NCBI GenBank assembly: GCA_965207975.1
Contig: OZ242315.1
Span: forward strand, 5,975,197 to 6,039,196
Direction of reading: 5' to 3'
Source of the DNA: Candidatus Poribacteria bacterium
Lineage (GTDB): Bacteria > Poribacteria > WGA-4E > PCPOR2b
Length of the DNA stretch: 64,000 nt
Shown: one piece after another, positions 28,300 to 37,772 of the stretch
How positions within the stretch are numbered: the first letter of the stretch is position 1
How the letters are laid out: each line of letters begins with the position of its first letter
Notes under the pieces: generated by a model
The model's input: the letters and a program-made list of their open reading frames with translations, nothing else
The model's database searches: none
What the model was told of the DNA's origin: nothing
Position numbers and translations under genes: made by a program

Positions 28300-29705
28300 A
28301 TCAAAAATTCCTTTAGGGGTAAAACCCAAAGGTTTACCTTTGGGATACCCCCCTGCTTTAGCATTTTTTAATTTTGCAGTTAAAATATGATATGTTTGTC
28401 TTGGGTCTGGTGGGAGCGTTTGCCCCCTATCGCCCGATAGGATCTCTCGCGTGCTTGTGAAACAGGATATAAAGGACAAAGCCGACTCCGATGAAAACCT
28501 ACAAGTTCAAGATGTATAGCAATCACGGGAATCGTGAGTTGCACAGGACGATAGAGGGTCATGCTGATGTGTGGAATCACTGTGTCGCGCTTCAGCGTCG
28601 GTACTATTGCCTCTATGGCAAGTATATCAGCAAGTTTCGTTTGATAAATCATATATCGAAGCTGAAACGACTTGCTAAGTTTGCTCATTGGAATCAGCTA
28701 CCCAGCCAATCCATTCAAGACGTGGCAGCACGGATTGACAAAGGGTATAAGGCGATGTTTGAAGCGCGTGCGAAAGGCAAGGCGTGGGGGAGCCCTCGTT
28801 TTAAGCCACGCGGCAAATACAAGTCATTCACGCTGCTTCAAGCGGGTTGGCAATTGCTTACCAGTAACAAGATTCGTATTGGCAAGAGTGTCTACCAATA
28901 CTTTAAGTCTCGTGATATTCGTGGCACTCCGAAACGTTGCACAATCAAACGGGACGCTATCGGCGATGTCTATATCTGCATTCTCACCGACTATGTAGAA
29001 CCTGACCTGAATCGAGTCATGACGGGTAAAATCGCGGGGTTTGATTTCGGTCTGAAAAGGTATCTCACGGGTCACAATGGACACGACATAGAATCACCTC
29101 AGTTTTTCAAACGCAGCCTCAACGCTATCAAACGTGCAAACCGCGCGCATTCACGAACCAAGAAAAAGTCAAATAATCGGGAAAGAACAAGGCTCGATTT
29201 AGCACGGAAGCACCGTAAGATTGAACGACAACGAGAGGACTTCCACTGGAAGTTGGCACACCAACTGACCGATGAATACGACGAGATACGGCTCGAAGAT
29301 TTGAACCTGCAAGGTATGAAGTCGCTATGGGGACGCAAAGTCAGTGACTTAGGGTTTGCCGATTTTGTCAAAAAGTTGGTGTATATCGCTAAGAAAAAAG
29401 GTGTCAAACTCACCTTCATTGATAAGTGGCATCCAACGAGTAAAACTTGTTCGGTCTGCGGTGTGGTCAATGAAGCGTTGAATCTGCGTGATAGAACTTG
29501 GCAGTGTAACGATTGTGGCACGGTGCATGACCGGGACCGCAACGCTGCGATTAACATTTTTCGGGTTGGGGCGTCAACCCATGAAGGAGAGGACGTAAGT
29601 CCCGATTCGTCGGGCAATCCTTGTTGATAGCACAATTCGACTCCTATTAGCAACGGAATCGTAAGAATCCCAAGCCTTTAGGTTTGGGAGTACGTCAATA
29701 ACGTG
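28300..29705 (+). mobile_element. IS200/IS605-family element carrying only tnpB (IS1341-like), with subterminal LE/RE-like hairpins; the boundaries are approximate
   Basis: Hairpin cccaaaggtttacctttggg (28325-28344) upstream and the similar cccaagcctttaggtttggg (29669-29688) downstream of tnpB; no tnpA was found. Confidence 0.5.
28491..29627 (+). CDS. tnpB: TnpB (OrfB_IS605) RuvC-like RNA-guided endonuclease family protein
   Basis: RuvC-I IAGFDFGLK, RuvC-II region ...EIRLEDLNLQGMK, zinc finger CSVCG...CNDCG, RuvC-III HDRDRNAAINI. Confidence 0.85.
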   Translation: MKTYKFKMYSNHGNRELHRTIEGHADVWNHCVALQRRYYCLYGKYISKFRLINHISKLKRLAKFAHWNQLPSQSIQDVAARIDKGYKAMFEARAKGKAWGSPRFKPRGKYKSFTLLQAGWQLLTSNKIRIGKSVYQYFKSRDIRGTPKRCTIKRDAIGDVYICILTDYVEPDLNRVMTGKIAGFDFGLKRYLTGHNGHDIESPQFFKRSLNAIKRANRAHSRTKKKSNNRERTRLDLARKHRKIERQREDFHWKLAHQLTDEYDEIRLEDLNLQGMKSLWGRKVSDLGFADFVKKLVYIAKKKGVKLTFIDKWHPTSKTCSVCGVVNEALNLRDRTWQCNDCGTVHDRDRNAAINIFRVGASTHEGEDVSPDSSGNPC

Positions 29706-29713
29706 AGTTTTCA

Positions 29714-30322
29714 ATGATTGCAATTATCGACTACGGTGCGGGCAACCTGACGAGCGTTGAACGCGCTGTCAAATATTTAGGCTACGACGGAAGAATCACC
29801 GCCGACCCCCAGATCATTTTAGGTGCGGAGAAAGTTATCTTTCCCGGCGTGGGTGCGGCGCGGGCAACGATGGATAACCTCAACACGGCTGGGCTTGCGG
29901 CGGTTTTATGGGAGGTCTACAAATCGGGTAAGCCGATGTTGGGAATCTGTATCGGTATACAGATCCTGTTTGAGCATAGCGAGGAGGAGGATACTAACTG
30001 TCTCGGCATCCTGCCCGGGATTGTCAAAAAGTATGACGCCTCTCCGATCCAAAAAGTGCCGCAGATCGGTTGGAATGAGGTGTATCAGACGCAGGTGCAC
30101 CCAATTTTTCAAGATGTTCCGAATCCCGCTCATTTCTATTTTGTGAACTCGTACTACCCAATCCCGCAAGACGATTCATACATCGTCGGCAAGACCACTT
30201 ATGGCGTTGAATTTTCGAGTGTCGTCGCCCATCAGAACCTGATTGCGACGCAGTTCCATCTGGAGAAGAGTGGTCGGATCGGACTGAAGATGCTTGATAA
30301 TTTCTTGCGGAATGGACAGTAA
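29714..30322 (+). CDS. hisH: Imidazole glycerol phosphate synthase glutamine amidotransferase subunit
   Basis: MIAIIDYGAGNLTSVERAV..., catalytic GICIGIQIL and QFHLEKSG; there is no adjacent hisF or hisA. Confidence 0.85.
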   Translation: MIAIIDYGAGNLTSVERAVKYLGYDGRITADPQIILGAEKVIFPGVGAARATMDNLNTAGLAAVLWEVYKSGKPMLGICIGIQILFEHSEEEDTNCLGILPGIVKKYDASPIQKVPQIGWNEVYQTQVHPIFQDVPNPAHFYFVNSYYPIPQDDSYIVGKTTYGVEFSSVVAHQNLIATQFHLEKSGRIGLKMLDNFLRNGQ

Positions 30323-30354
30323 AATTCTTTGCGAGTAATCTTTGAAACTGTGAA

Positions 30355-31887
30355 TTGCTCATGCTAACTTTCTTCCTGATATTCGTTGTTCTACTGATTA
30401 ACCTGTTCGTTTACGGCTTGGATAGCCCACAGAACTACGGTGTTGTCTCGCATCTGTACTATGGGGTCATCATCCTCGCGGGGATATACGACAATCGTCG
30501 TGGGCAGTATCTACTGCTTGCGTGCACGACGCTAGCCAATTGGATACATGCTGGGATTTATTATGAGCAGATCCATTTGGGCGTGGTTGCAATTTTATAT
30601 CCTATCATCGCGTATTTCATTGTTCGCACCATCCAGTTATTCAAGGCACAACGCGCCACTACGGAAGCGCAGCTTCAGCAGATAGATCAAGCCAACACGG
30701 ATTTGGAAAAACGGGTGCGAGATCTATCTACCCTTTTTGAAGTTGGTGATACAGCAAACACCGCTCTGGAATTAGATGAACTGTTCCAAAAGATTATCAA
30801 GACGCTTGCCAACCGGATGGGAGTATACCGGGGTGCCCTGAGAATTTGGAAGGGTGGCGAGCCGGTCAAAGAGGTCGAGGCAGTTTTTGGGTTGACAGAG
30901 GCGGAGCTCCGGCGCGGCACGGACAGTCAAATTGATCTTATCCAACAACAGGTACTCCAATCTGGGCAACCGATTGGTGTGCCGCACAGTCGCACGCCCC
31001 TTCAGCAGATGGAGTTTCCAAATGCGAAATCGGTGCAGTCTAAAGATCCGATAGCTTTCTGGTGTGTCCCGGTGGTGGTGGATGAACAGGTAATTGGTAC
31101 GCTGACAATTGATAAAGCATCGGACGAATTTTCGATTGAGGACGATATTCGTATTTTGACGATTATCGCTGCCATTGTGGCACAGCGCGTTAAGATTCAG
31201 CAGATGATCGACTCGCTGGTGCAATCCGAACGACTCGCAACGCTTGGCAAACTTGCGACGACGGTTGCCCACGAGGTGAGAAATCCACTGGGCGGGATCC
31301 GCGGTGCAGCGCAGCTGCTCCAATTTGAAGGCGAATCGAATTCAGAGATTCAAGAGTATATTCAGGTCATTATCAGAGAGGTGGATCGGTTGAATCGTGT
31401 GGTTGAGCAGCTACTTGTGTCCGGCAACCCACGGACCGCTGGTGTCAAGTTAGGTAGTATTAGCGACTTAATCGACAATAGCCTCTCAATCTGTCAGCCG
31501 GAGTTAGATCGGGACAATATCCGTGTTGAAAAGTGTTTTGCTGACGATTGTCCGTTGATTTCCGTGAATGACGACGGGATAACGCAGGTATTGCTGAACC
31601 TATTTCGTAACGCAATTGAATCGATGGAAGATGGGGGTATCTTGACGATTCAAACCACCTATAATTCCGCGATTCAGATTGTTCAAATTTATATCACGGA
31701 TACCGGGCGGGGTATACCGCCGGATGTTGCCTCACGTTTGTTCGATCCGTTTTACACAACGAAACAGAAAGGGACGGGGCTTGGGCTTGCGATTAGCCAG
31801 CAAATCGTTGAGGAGCACGGTGGCACTATTGAAGTTGATATAACAGAAACTCCAGGGGCAACGTTTGTTGTTACATTGCTGGTTTGA
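30355..31887 (+). CDS. Sensor histidine kinase (N-terminal TM segments, GAF-like domain, HisKA, HATPase_c)
   Basis: H-box ATTVAHEVRNPLGGI; N/G boxes ...LLNLFRNAIES..., DTGRGIP, GTGLGLAISQQIVEEHGG. Confidence 0.8.
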   Translation: MLMLTFFLIFVVLLINLFVYGLDSPQNYGVVSHLYYGVIILAGIYDNRRGQYLLLACTTLANWIHAGIYYEQIHLGVVAILYPIIAYFIVRTIQLFKAQRATTEAQLQQIDQANTDLEKRVRDLSTLFEVGDTANTALELDELFQKIIKTLANRMGVYRGALRIWKGGEPVKEVEAVFGLTEAELRRGTDSQIDLIQQQVLQSGQPIGVPHSRTPLQQMEFPNAKSVQSKDPIAFWCVPVVVDEQVIGTLTIDKASDEFSIEDDIRILTIIAAIVAQRVKIQQMIDSLVQSERLATLGKLATTVAHEVRNPLGGIRGAAQLLQFEGESNSEIQEYIQVIIREVDRLNRVVEQLLVSGNPRTAGVKLGSISDLIDNSLSICQPELDRDNIRVEKCFADDCPLISVNDDGITQVLLNLFRNAIESMEDGGILTIQTTYNSAIQIVQIYITDTGRGIPPDVASRLFDPFYTTKQKGTGLGLAISQQIVEEHGGTIEVDITETPGATFVVTLLV

Positions 31888-31896
31888 GCAAAGTCA

Positions 31897-32786
31897 GTGA
31901 ATACAGATATGGCGAATGAAAGAAACCTCTCATTAACTGAAGAAGAAATTCGCGAGTTAATCGCTAATGAATTTCCGCGCCTAATAACCCAAAATCCCGA
32001 GATTCGTTATGAGCTGATCGGTGTTATGTCGGAGACTTTTGCCAAAAAAGAGGATATAACAGCGATTTTGAACGAGCTCAGGCAGATGCGTGAGGAATCT
32101 GAACGCCAGCGGGTTGAATTCCGGCAGGAGATGCAAGTTCTACGCGAGGAGTCCGAGCAGCGATGGGCTGAATTCCGGCAGGAGATGGAATCCCTACGTG
32201 CAGAATCCAATCGGTTGCGCGAGGAGTCCGAGCAGCGATGGGTTGAATTCCGGGAACAGATGGAAGCCTTACGCGAGGAGTCTAATCGGTTGCGTGAGGA
32301 GTCCGAGCAGCGTTCCGGCAGGAGATAAAGGACCTACGCGAAGAGTCCAGCGCGTCACGTGCATATCTAGATGATGAATTAAGGCGATTTCACCATACCG
32401 TTCAAGGCTTGGGCGCACGATGGGGATTGCAGTCTGAAGAAGCATTCCGCAGTGGGCTCGCTGCAATTTTGACGGATGAACTCGGTTTCCAGGTGGAACG
32501 GTACGAAGGTTATGACGATTCTGGATCGGTTTTCGGACAGCCGGAACAGGTGGAGATGGATGTAATCATCCGGAACAGTTTAGTTATTGCAATTGAAATT
32601 AAATCATCGGTCAGCCGCAGTGACCTTGCCCTTTTTCAAAGGAAAGTGGCATTCTTTGAGCAGACGGAAAGTGTAACGGTAAATCGAAAATTCTTCATAT
32701 CTCCATTTGTTGATCCCAACGCTGTTGGATTGGCGGCACGGATGGGTATCGAACTCTACACCCACAGCTTAGATATTATAATTTAG
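31897..32786 (+). CDS. Coiled-coil repeat protein with a C-terminal DUF3782-like PD-(D/E)xK domain, interrupted by a frameshift (two ORFs: 31897-32328 and 32298/32409-32786)
   Basis: 75-bp (25-aa) tandem repeats LREESEQRWxEFRxQMExLRxESNR; the third copy lacks 10 nt (atgggctgaa) at 32312/32313, which shifts the frame. The downstream frame is open from 32298 and encodes ...EMDVIIRNSLVIAIEIKSS... (an E/D...ExK-like motif). Confidence 0.5.
32146..32324 (+). repeat. 75-bp tandem repeat x2.4 inside the coiled-coil gene; the third unit carries a 10-nt deletion
   Basis: 32146-32220 and 32221-32295 are about 90% identical; 32296-32324 is a truncated third copy. Confidence 0.8.
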
Positions 32787-32857
32787 ACACCGTGATTGGT
32801 ATTGGTGCTGCTTTTGTATCCGCCAGTTTTGGTGAGGACAACTATCATTAGATCTCT

Positions 32858-34312
32858 ATGACACACACAATTCTTATTGCTGACGACGACGATAGCATCC
32901 GCTTTGTTTTGGAGAAGGCTCTTCAGAAGGAAGGGTATCACACATTTTCCGCGCGAAACGGGAAAGAAACGGTTGATCTTCTCCGCTCAGAAGCGATTGA
33001 CACGATTTTCCTCGATATTTTTATGCCTGATGTCAACGGGTTAGATCTGATTGAAGAGCTTCAGGAGATCAATAAAGCTGCATCAATTATTATTATCACC
33101 GCTCACGGGACAACGCAAACGGCGATTGAAGCTGCAAAGCGACACGCTTATGACTACGTGACCAAGCCTTTTGATCTCCAAGAGATTATACCTTTGGTGT
33201 CCCGTGCGGTATATGCTGCGGATCAAACAAAGGCGGCACTGGCGGAAGATTCGCGACCAGAAGATAGTGTTGTGCCCCAAAACGGGGAGGAGGTGGGCAC
33301 TCAGATTGTAGGTGAGAGCGATGCGATGCACACAATCTACTTGACCATCGGACGGGCGGCGATCAGCGACGAAACGGTTCTCATTATGGGAGAGAGTGGC
33401 ACAGGTAAGGAATCAATCGCCAAAGCGATTCACCAGAATAGCAAGAGAGCGGAAGAGGAGTTTGTGGTGGTGGATTGTAGCGCGATTCCCTCGGACTTGA
33501 TTGAAAGTGCACTCTTTGGGCATGTTAAAGGGGCGTATACGGGTGCCGATACGGCACGCCAGGGGAAATTTGAGCAGGCGGACCGGGGAACGATTTTTCT
33601 GGACGAGGTTGGTGAATTGCCGATAGAGGTGCAGATGAAACTGCTGCGTGTTCTGCAAGAGCGGGAGGTCGAGCCGATTGGGTCAAATGAGATTCGCAAG
33701 GTTGATGTGCGGGTGGTTGCTGCGACAAATCGACGGCTTGATTTGGCAATTCAGGACGGATCGTTTCGGGAAGATCTGTTTTATCGGCTCAATGTGGTGC
33801 CAATCTTTTTGCCTCCGTTGCGTGAGCGGAAAGAGGATATCCCTGATCTCGTGGATTTTTTTATGTCCCGTTATGCTCAGGACTACGGTCAGCCTAAAGG
33901 GACAATTTCGCCGGAGGCGTTCAAGCTGCTGATGGTTTATGATTGGCCCGGAAACGTCCGCGAACTTGAAAACAGCTTGAAGCGTGCGCTCGTTATGTGT
34001 GCTGGCCAGGTCCTCCTCCTGGAACACTTCCCGGAGCTTTCTGGCAGCGCAGTTCCCTCTGTTACGAAGGCACCGACAGGGTTCGAGAGTCGCCTTGCTT
34101 CGCTTATGTCAGAGCGTGTGGATGAACTTATCGAATCTGGCACCTCCTCGGGATCACTTCATGCAGAGATTCGTGTTGCTGTTGAGAAGCCGCTTTTTGA
34201 GTCTATTCTCCAGCGGACCAGCTGGAATCGTAGGAAGGCGGCTGAGATTCTTGGAATTAATCGGAATACACTCCATTCTAAGATGGAGGAGTATGGGATT
34301 CAAAGGCGTTAG
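32858..34312 (+). CDS. Sigma-54-dependent response regulator (NtrC/Fis family: REC, AAA+ sigma-54 activator, HTH)
   Basis: REC domain ILIADDDDSIRFVL...DIFMPDVNGLDL; Walker A GESGTGKE; GAFTGA-like GAYTGA; C-terminal HTH AAEILGINRNTLHSKMEEYGI. Confidence 0.85.
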   Translation: MTHTILIADDDDSIRFVLEKALQKEGYHTFSARNGKETVDLLRSEAIDTIFLDIFMPDVNGLDLIEELQEINKAASIIIITAHGTTQTAIEAAKRHAYDYVTKPFDLQEIIPLVSRAVYAADQTKAALAEDSRPEDSVVPQNGEEVGTQIVGESDAMHTIYLTIGRAAISDETVLIMGESGTGKESIAKAIHQNSKRAEEEFVVVDCSAIPSDLIESALFGHVKGAYTGADTARQGKFEQADRGTIFLDEVGELPIEVQMKLLRVLQEREVEPIGSNEIRKVDVRVVAATNRRLDLAIQDGSFREDLFYRLNVVPIFLPPLRERKEDIPDLVDFFMSRYAQDYGQPKGTISPEAFKLLMVYDWPGNVRELENSLKRALVMCAGQVLLLEHFPELSGSAVPSVTKAPTGFESRLASLMSERVDELIESGTSSGSLHAEIRVAVEKPLFESILQRTSWNRRKAAEILGINRNTLHSKMEEYGIQRR

Positions 34313-34326
34313 GTGAGCGTGCGTCT

Positions 34327-34611
34327 ATGGATATTGGAAAGGTCATCGGGACCATCGTCGCAACTCGAAAAGATCCGAGTTTGGTCGGTTATCGTCTGCT
34401 GGTCGTACAACCCCTTGATGCGGAGGGCGAGTCGGTCGGCGATCCGGTCACAGCTGTTGATATACAGGGTGCAGCCGGGTATGGTGAATTGGTCTATTTC
34501 GTTACCGGTGGAGATGCCGCATTTGTGTCAGCGGAACGCGCAATGCCTGTTGATGTCGCTGTAGTAGGCATTGTTGATTCAATCACCGTAACTGAAGAAG
34601 CGGAGGAATGA
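34327..34611 (+). CDS. Bacterial microcompartment vertex (pentamer) protein, EutN/CcmL/PduN family
   Basis: MDIGKVIGTIVATRKDPSLVGYRLLVVQPLDAEGESVGDPVTAVDIQGAAGYGELVYFVTGG...PVDVAVVGIVDSI matches the PduN/EutN consensus (M.IA.VIG.VV.T.K...L.G.KLLLV...VA.D.VGAG..E.V...G...P.D..IVGIVD); 14 bp after the regulator gene. Confidence 0.8.
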   Translation: MDIGKVIGTIVATRKDPSLVGYRLLVVQPLDAEGESVGDPVTAVDIQGAAGYGELVYFVTGGDAAFVSAERAMPVDVAVVGIVDSITVTEEAEE

Positions 34612-34889
34612 TGTACATCGCAAAGGTCATTGGCAAAGTGGTTTCGGTCATTAAGCATCCTGCCTATGACAATCGAACCCTTCTGCTTGTTCAACCGTTG
34701 AACCTGAAATCGCAGTTGGTGCGAACACCAACAATTGCTGTTGACTATGTTGGGGCAGGAGAGAACGATATAGTACTTGTTGGAGCGGGACCGGGCGTTG
34801 CGCAGGAGGTTTTTGAACTTGAAACGGCTCCTATAAGGGAACTAGTTATGGGAATTATCGATCGGTTTGATGTGTCGAATGAAGCGTGA
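34608..34889 (+). CDS. Second BMC vertex protein, EutN/CcmL/PduN family (a paralogue of the preceding gene)
   Basis: MMYIAKVIGKVVSVIKHPAYDNRTLLLVQPL...IAVDYVGAGENDIVLVGAGPG...IRELVMGIIDRF; ATGA overlap with the upstream gene. Confidence 0.8.
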   Translation: MMYIAKVIGKVVSVIKHPAYDNRTLLLVQPLNLKSQLVRTPTIAVDYVGAGENDIVLVGAGPGVAQEVFELETAPIRELVMGIIDRFDVSNEA

Positions 34890-34927
34890 AACGTGAAACG
34901 TAAAGCGTCATGTGTCGTAGTTAAAGT

Positions 34928-35704
34928 GTGACATTATCGCAGGTTTGCCTATCTGCTCATTTGTCGAAAGGACACGACACTTTGTTTATTCCATTGCCGA
35001 GTACACCATCGACGCAGCAATCCTTTAAGCCGCGCGCGGTCCAATTTTTAATTGTTACAAATTTATTGGTTTTTGTATACCAGCTTTATGCGCTCTATCA
35101 AGGGGTGTCGTTGGCAGATGTATCTGGCGCGATTCCCAACCAGATTATGCACCGCCATTCGTTCCTACCACCGCTTCCAAACCTTTCGGATAAGACACTC
35201 CTCACCTCCCTGTTTTTACACGATGTCCACATTTTACAGGGAGGATTTATCCACATTATTGGTAACATGCTGTATCTCTCGGCTTTTGGTCCAACCCTTG
35301 AAAGTATGATTGGGAGTCTGAAATTCCTACTGTTCTACCTATTGTGCGGCGTATTGGCAACGCTCTGCTACGTATTGACTTACTACGATTCTGGCTTGCC
35401 TCTTATTGGCGCGAGCGGTGCAATCGCCGGCGTAATGGGAGCACACTTTATCGCCTGTCCCAAGGCGCGCATTCGATGCCTTCTCTTTATCTATATCATT
35501 TCTGTGCCCGCGATTGTGTTGCTGTTACCTTGGATCGCCATCCAGCTAGTCAATGTCTATTTTTCGTTCCAAAGTGCCTCTATTGCTTGGGTAGCGCATG
35601 TCGGTGGGTTTGGGGTGGGGATGTTTCTTATCGGAAAATTCCAACAAACTTGGTTTCGTCCTAAACAAGAAGTGTCCAGAATTCGTCCTTATGTTCGATA
35701 CTAA
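34928..35704 (+). CDS. Rhomboid-family intramembrane serine protease
   Basis: GxSG motif GASGAIAGVMGAHF and the downstream His in AHVGGFGVG; multiple TM helices. GTG start, so the exact start is uncertain. Confidence 0.7.
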   Translation: MTLSQVCLSAHLSKGHDTLFIPLPSTPSTQQSFKPRAVQFLIVTNLLVFVYQLYALYQGVSLADVSGAIPNQIMHRHSFLPPLPNLSDKTLLTSLFLHDVHILQGGFIHIIGNMLYLSAFGPTLESMIGSLKFLLFYLLCGVLATLCYVLTYYDSGLPLIGASGAIAGVMGAHFIACPKARIRCLLFIYIISVPAIVLLLPWIAIQLVNVYFSFQSASIAWVAHVGGFGVGMFLIGKFQQTWFRPKQEVSRIRPYVRY

Positions 35705-35743
35705 TGGAAGTCATTCTGTTAAAAAGGATTGCGAGGTAGACAG

Positions 35744-36337
35744 ATGAACGCGATAAAACAGTTGGGATTTTCTCTCTTGTTATTTGCTTGTATCAGCTTA
35801 TCCGGTTGCGTTTGGTCCTCTTTATTGGCGAACTCATGGAGTGAAAACTTCGCGCTGGCAAGCTACGGGTCAAAGGCGAACCATCCAGCACTCAACGATG
35901 GGAGGCTAGATACCGTTGCAGCGGTAGCAGCGAAAAATGAGCGAATCTTTACGTTGCGGTTCCCAGAGGTCAAACCTGTTCGGAAGATTATCATTCATAA
36001 CGGCAATCTCTTTTGGTTTCATGTGGACTATTGGGATCTTGATCAATTTGAGTGGAAAACAGTCCACTCTGTCCGTCAGCTGCGGGATATTGGCGATAGT
36101 CGGGCACCGTCAGAAATTGTCATTGATCGATTAAATTGCCGAACAAATACTATCCGAATCAACGTGTCTCGTACGGTCGATGATAACGTTGTAACAAAGG
36201 TTATGTTATCGCCTGGGGACAAGGTTGTCGATCGAAGAACCACAATGGCGGGAGCGTATTATCCACATTTCCGTGTTATCCAGCCAGCATGGGCACAGGT
36301 CCGCGAGATCGAGGTGTATCATCTGGCATCGAAGTAG
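35744..36337 (+). CDS. Lipoprotein of unknown function
   Basis: MNAIKQLGFSLLLFACISLSGC (lipobox); GAGGT RBS 6 nt before ATG 35744. Confidence 0.45.
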   Translation: MNAIKQLGFSLLLFACISLSGCVWSSLLANSWSENFALASYGSKANHPALNDGRLDTVAAVAAKNERIFTLRFPEVKPVRKIIIHNGNLFWFHVDYWDLDQFEWKTVHSVRQLRDIGDSRAPSEIVIDRLNCRTNTIRINVSRTVDDNVVTKVMLSPGDKVVDRRTTMAGAYYPHFRVIQPAWAQVREIEVYHLASK

Positions 36338-36343
36338 GTTCGA

Positions 36344-37024
36344 TTAGCGTTTGATTGCAACTGATACCCCATCGCGGAGCGGAATGATTGTCGTGAACAC
36401 ATCGGGGGAACTGTAGAGCAGCCGTGTCAACTCTTTGACCCCGACTGTCGTATTGTGCACCCACTGTTCTTCTTCATCAAGTCCTTGTGTATCTCTTTCG
36501 GTATCGTATGTGACGACACGTCCCAGCCATAGCATATTGTCTGTGATAAATAGCCCACCACTTCTGAGCCGTGGAATCGCCTTACGAAACGCTTCGGGAT
36601 ATCCGTCCTTATCGATATCGTTGTAGATGATGTCAAATTCCCCTTCAGTTTCATCGATAATCTCGAGTGCGTTCCCAACGCGATAATCGATGCGATCGGC
36701 GATCCCTCCACGCGTCAGATAACCCGCCGCACAATCTGCGTTTTCCTGCGAGCCGTCGGTGCAGATGATGCCCGCTTCCGGCTGTCGCAGCGCCTTTGCC
36801 ATCCAATACGCCGAATAGCCGAAACCGGATCCCATCTCGAAAATCCGGGTCGGATTTGTCAGCAGTACCAATTGGTGTAACACACGCCCAACGAGCGGTC
36901 CCACAATCGGGAAACGGTTTTGCCGTGCGTATGCCTCCATCTCCGTTAGCACCTCGTCGCGTTCGGGGATGATATCGAGTAGGTAATCGTCAATTGACGG
37001 ATGAAGCACATCCAAACGTTCCAT
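36344..37024 (-). CDS. Class I SAM-dependent O-methyltransferase (family 3, caffeoyl-CoA-OMT-like)
   Basis: ...LLDIIPERDEVLTEMEAYARQNRFPIVGPLVGRVLHQLV...IFEMGSGFGYSAYWMA...; start placed at the ATG (MERL) with GGAGGG RBS; the track ORF extends to 37099. Confidence 0.8.
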   Translation of the reverse strand: MERLDVLHPSIDDYLLDIIPERDEVLTEMEAYARQNRFPIVGPLVGRVLHQLVLLTNPTRIFEMGSGFGYSAYWMAKALRQPEAGIICTDGSQENADCAAGYLTRGGIADRIDYRVGNALEIIDETEGEFDIIYNDIDKDGYPEAFRKAIPRLRSGGLFITDNMLWLGRVVTYDTERDTQGLDEEEQWVHNTTVGVKELTRLLYSSPDVFTTIIPLRDGVSVAIKR

Positions 37025-37040
37025 AAGTCCCTCCATTCTG

Positions 37041-37118
37041 CCTAAAAAAATAATGCGTAACAAGTGATACGTAAGGGCTTTTCTTTGAGTATGGTGCATT
37101 ACGTATTACATAGTCAGT
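37041..37118. repeat. Copy of the aatgcgtaa...cattacgtattacatag intergenic element
   Basis: Shares a 17-mer with 11441-11457. Confidence 0.5.
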
Positions 37119-37772
37119 AATGGGCATATCCTGTAGGATTGTATTCAGTATGCCATAAAATCATGTCCAAGTCTATATTTTCTTGTGAACCAAAGTCTTT
37201 AGATTACACCGTTAGCTTACCCATTTTTGACAAAGTAGGGATAGTAGAGACTGCAACTAGCGCACCATATCGCTCCAGTCGGCAGAGTTATTTTTTTGGA
37301 CGGAGGCTTTTTTCGTTGCATCATACCAGAAAACGTCAGCTTTTTGATTTTTCTGGCAAAATAACGCAAGTTGTTAGCCTCTGTTGACATTTATGTGAGG
37401 TGTGTCCTTAATTCGCCGAAAAACACCTAATAGTAGGGGCGAGGTTTCCTCGCCCAACGGGTTGGTGTTCAACCTATAAGTGGGTATTGAGTTACACACA
37501 TGTCGCCCCGCTGGGGCTTGGGCGTTGGTCAATTTGTTGTGCTTCTATACACATATCGCCTCTCTGGAGCTTTGAGGGTCAAACCATGAGCCCACCACTA
37601 CCAACTATCAGCGTGAAATAAGCAGTTTGACTAACTGGCATACGAAGGTTATACTACTGAGACGTGCTGTCAAATGTCAACACGCCCAGCAACGTGTGCT
37701 AAATTTAATGTAAAACAGATTGGAGAATGTCAAAAGTGTTACGGTGTATCTGCACAGCCCAGAGGAGGAGTT

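Noticed and set aside
28032-28688. Small ORFs (28032-28229 +, 28125-28364 -, 28270-28479 -, 28380-28688 -) in the region upstream of tnpB
   Set aside because: They overlap one another and the predicted IS left end and hairpins. They have no coding signal and are more likely IS-end or noncoding sequence.
32090-32374. A 94-aa ORF (…GLNSGRRW… repeats)
   Set aside because: It is the alternative frame of the 75-bp coiled-coil tandem repeats, whereas the EESEQRW frame has a start, an RBS and continuity with the C-terminal domain.
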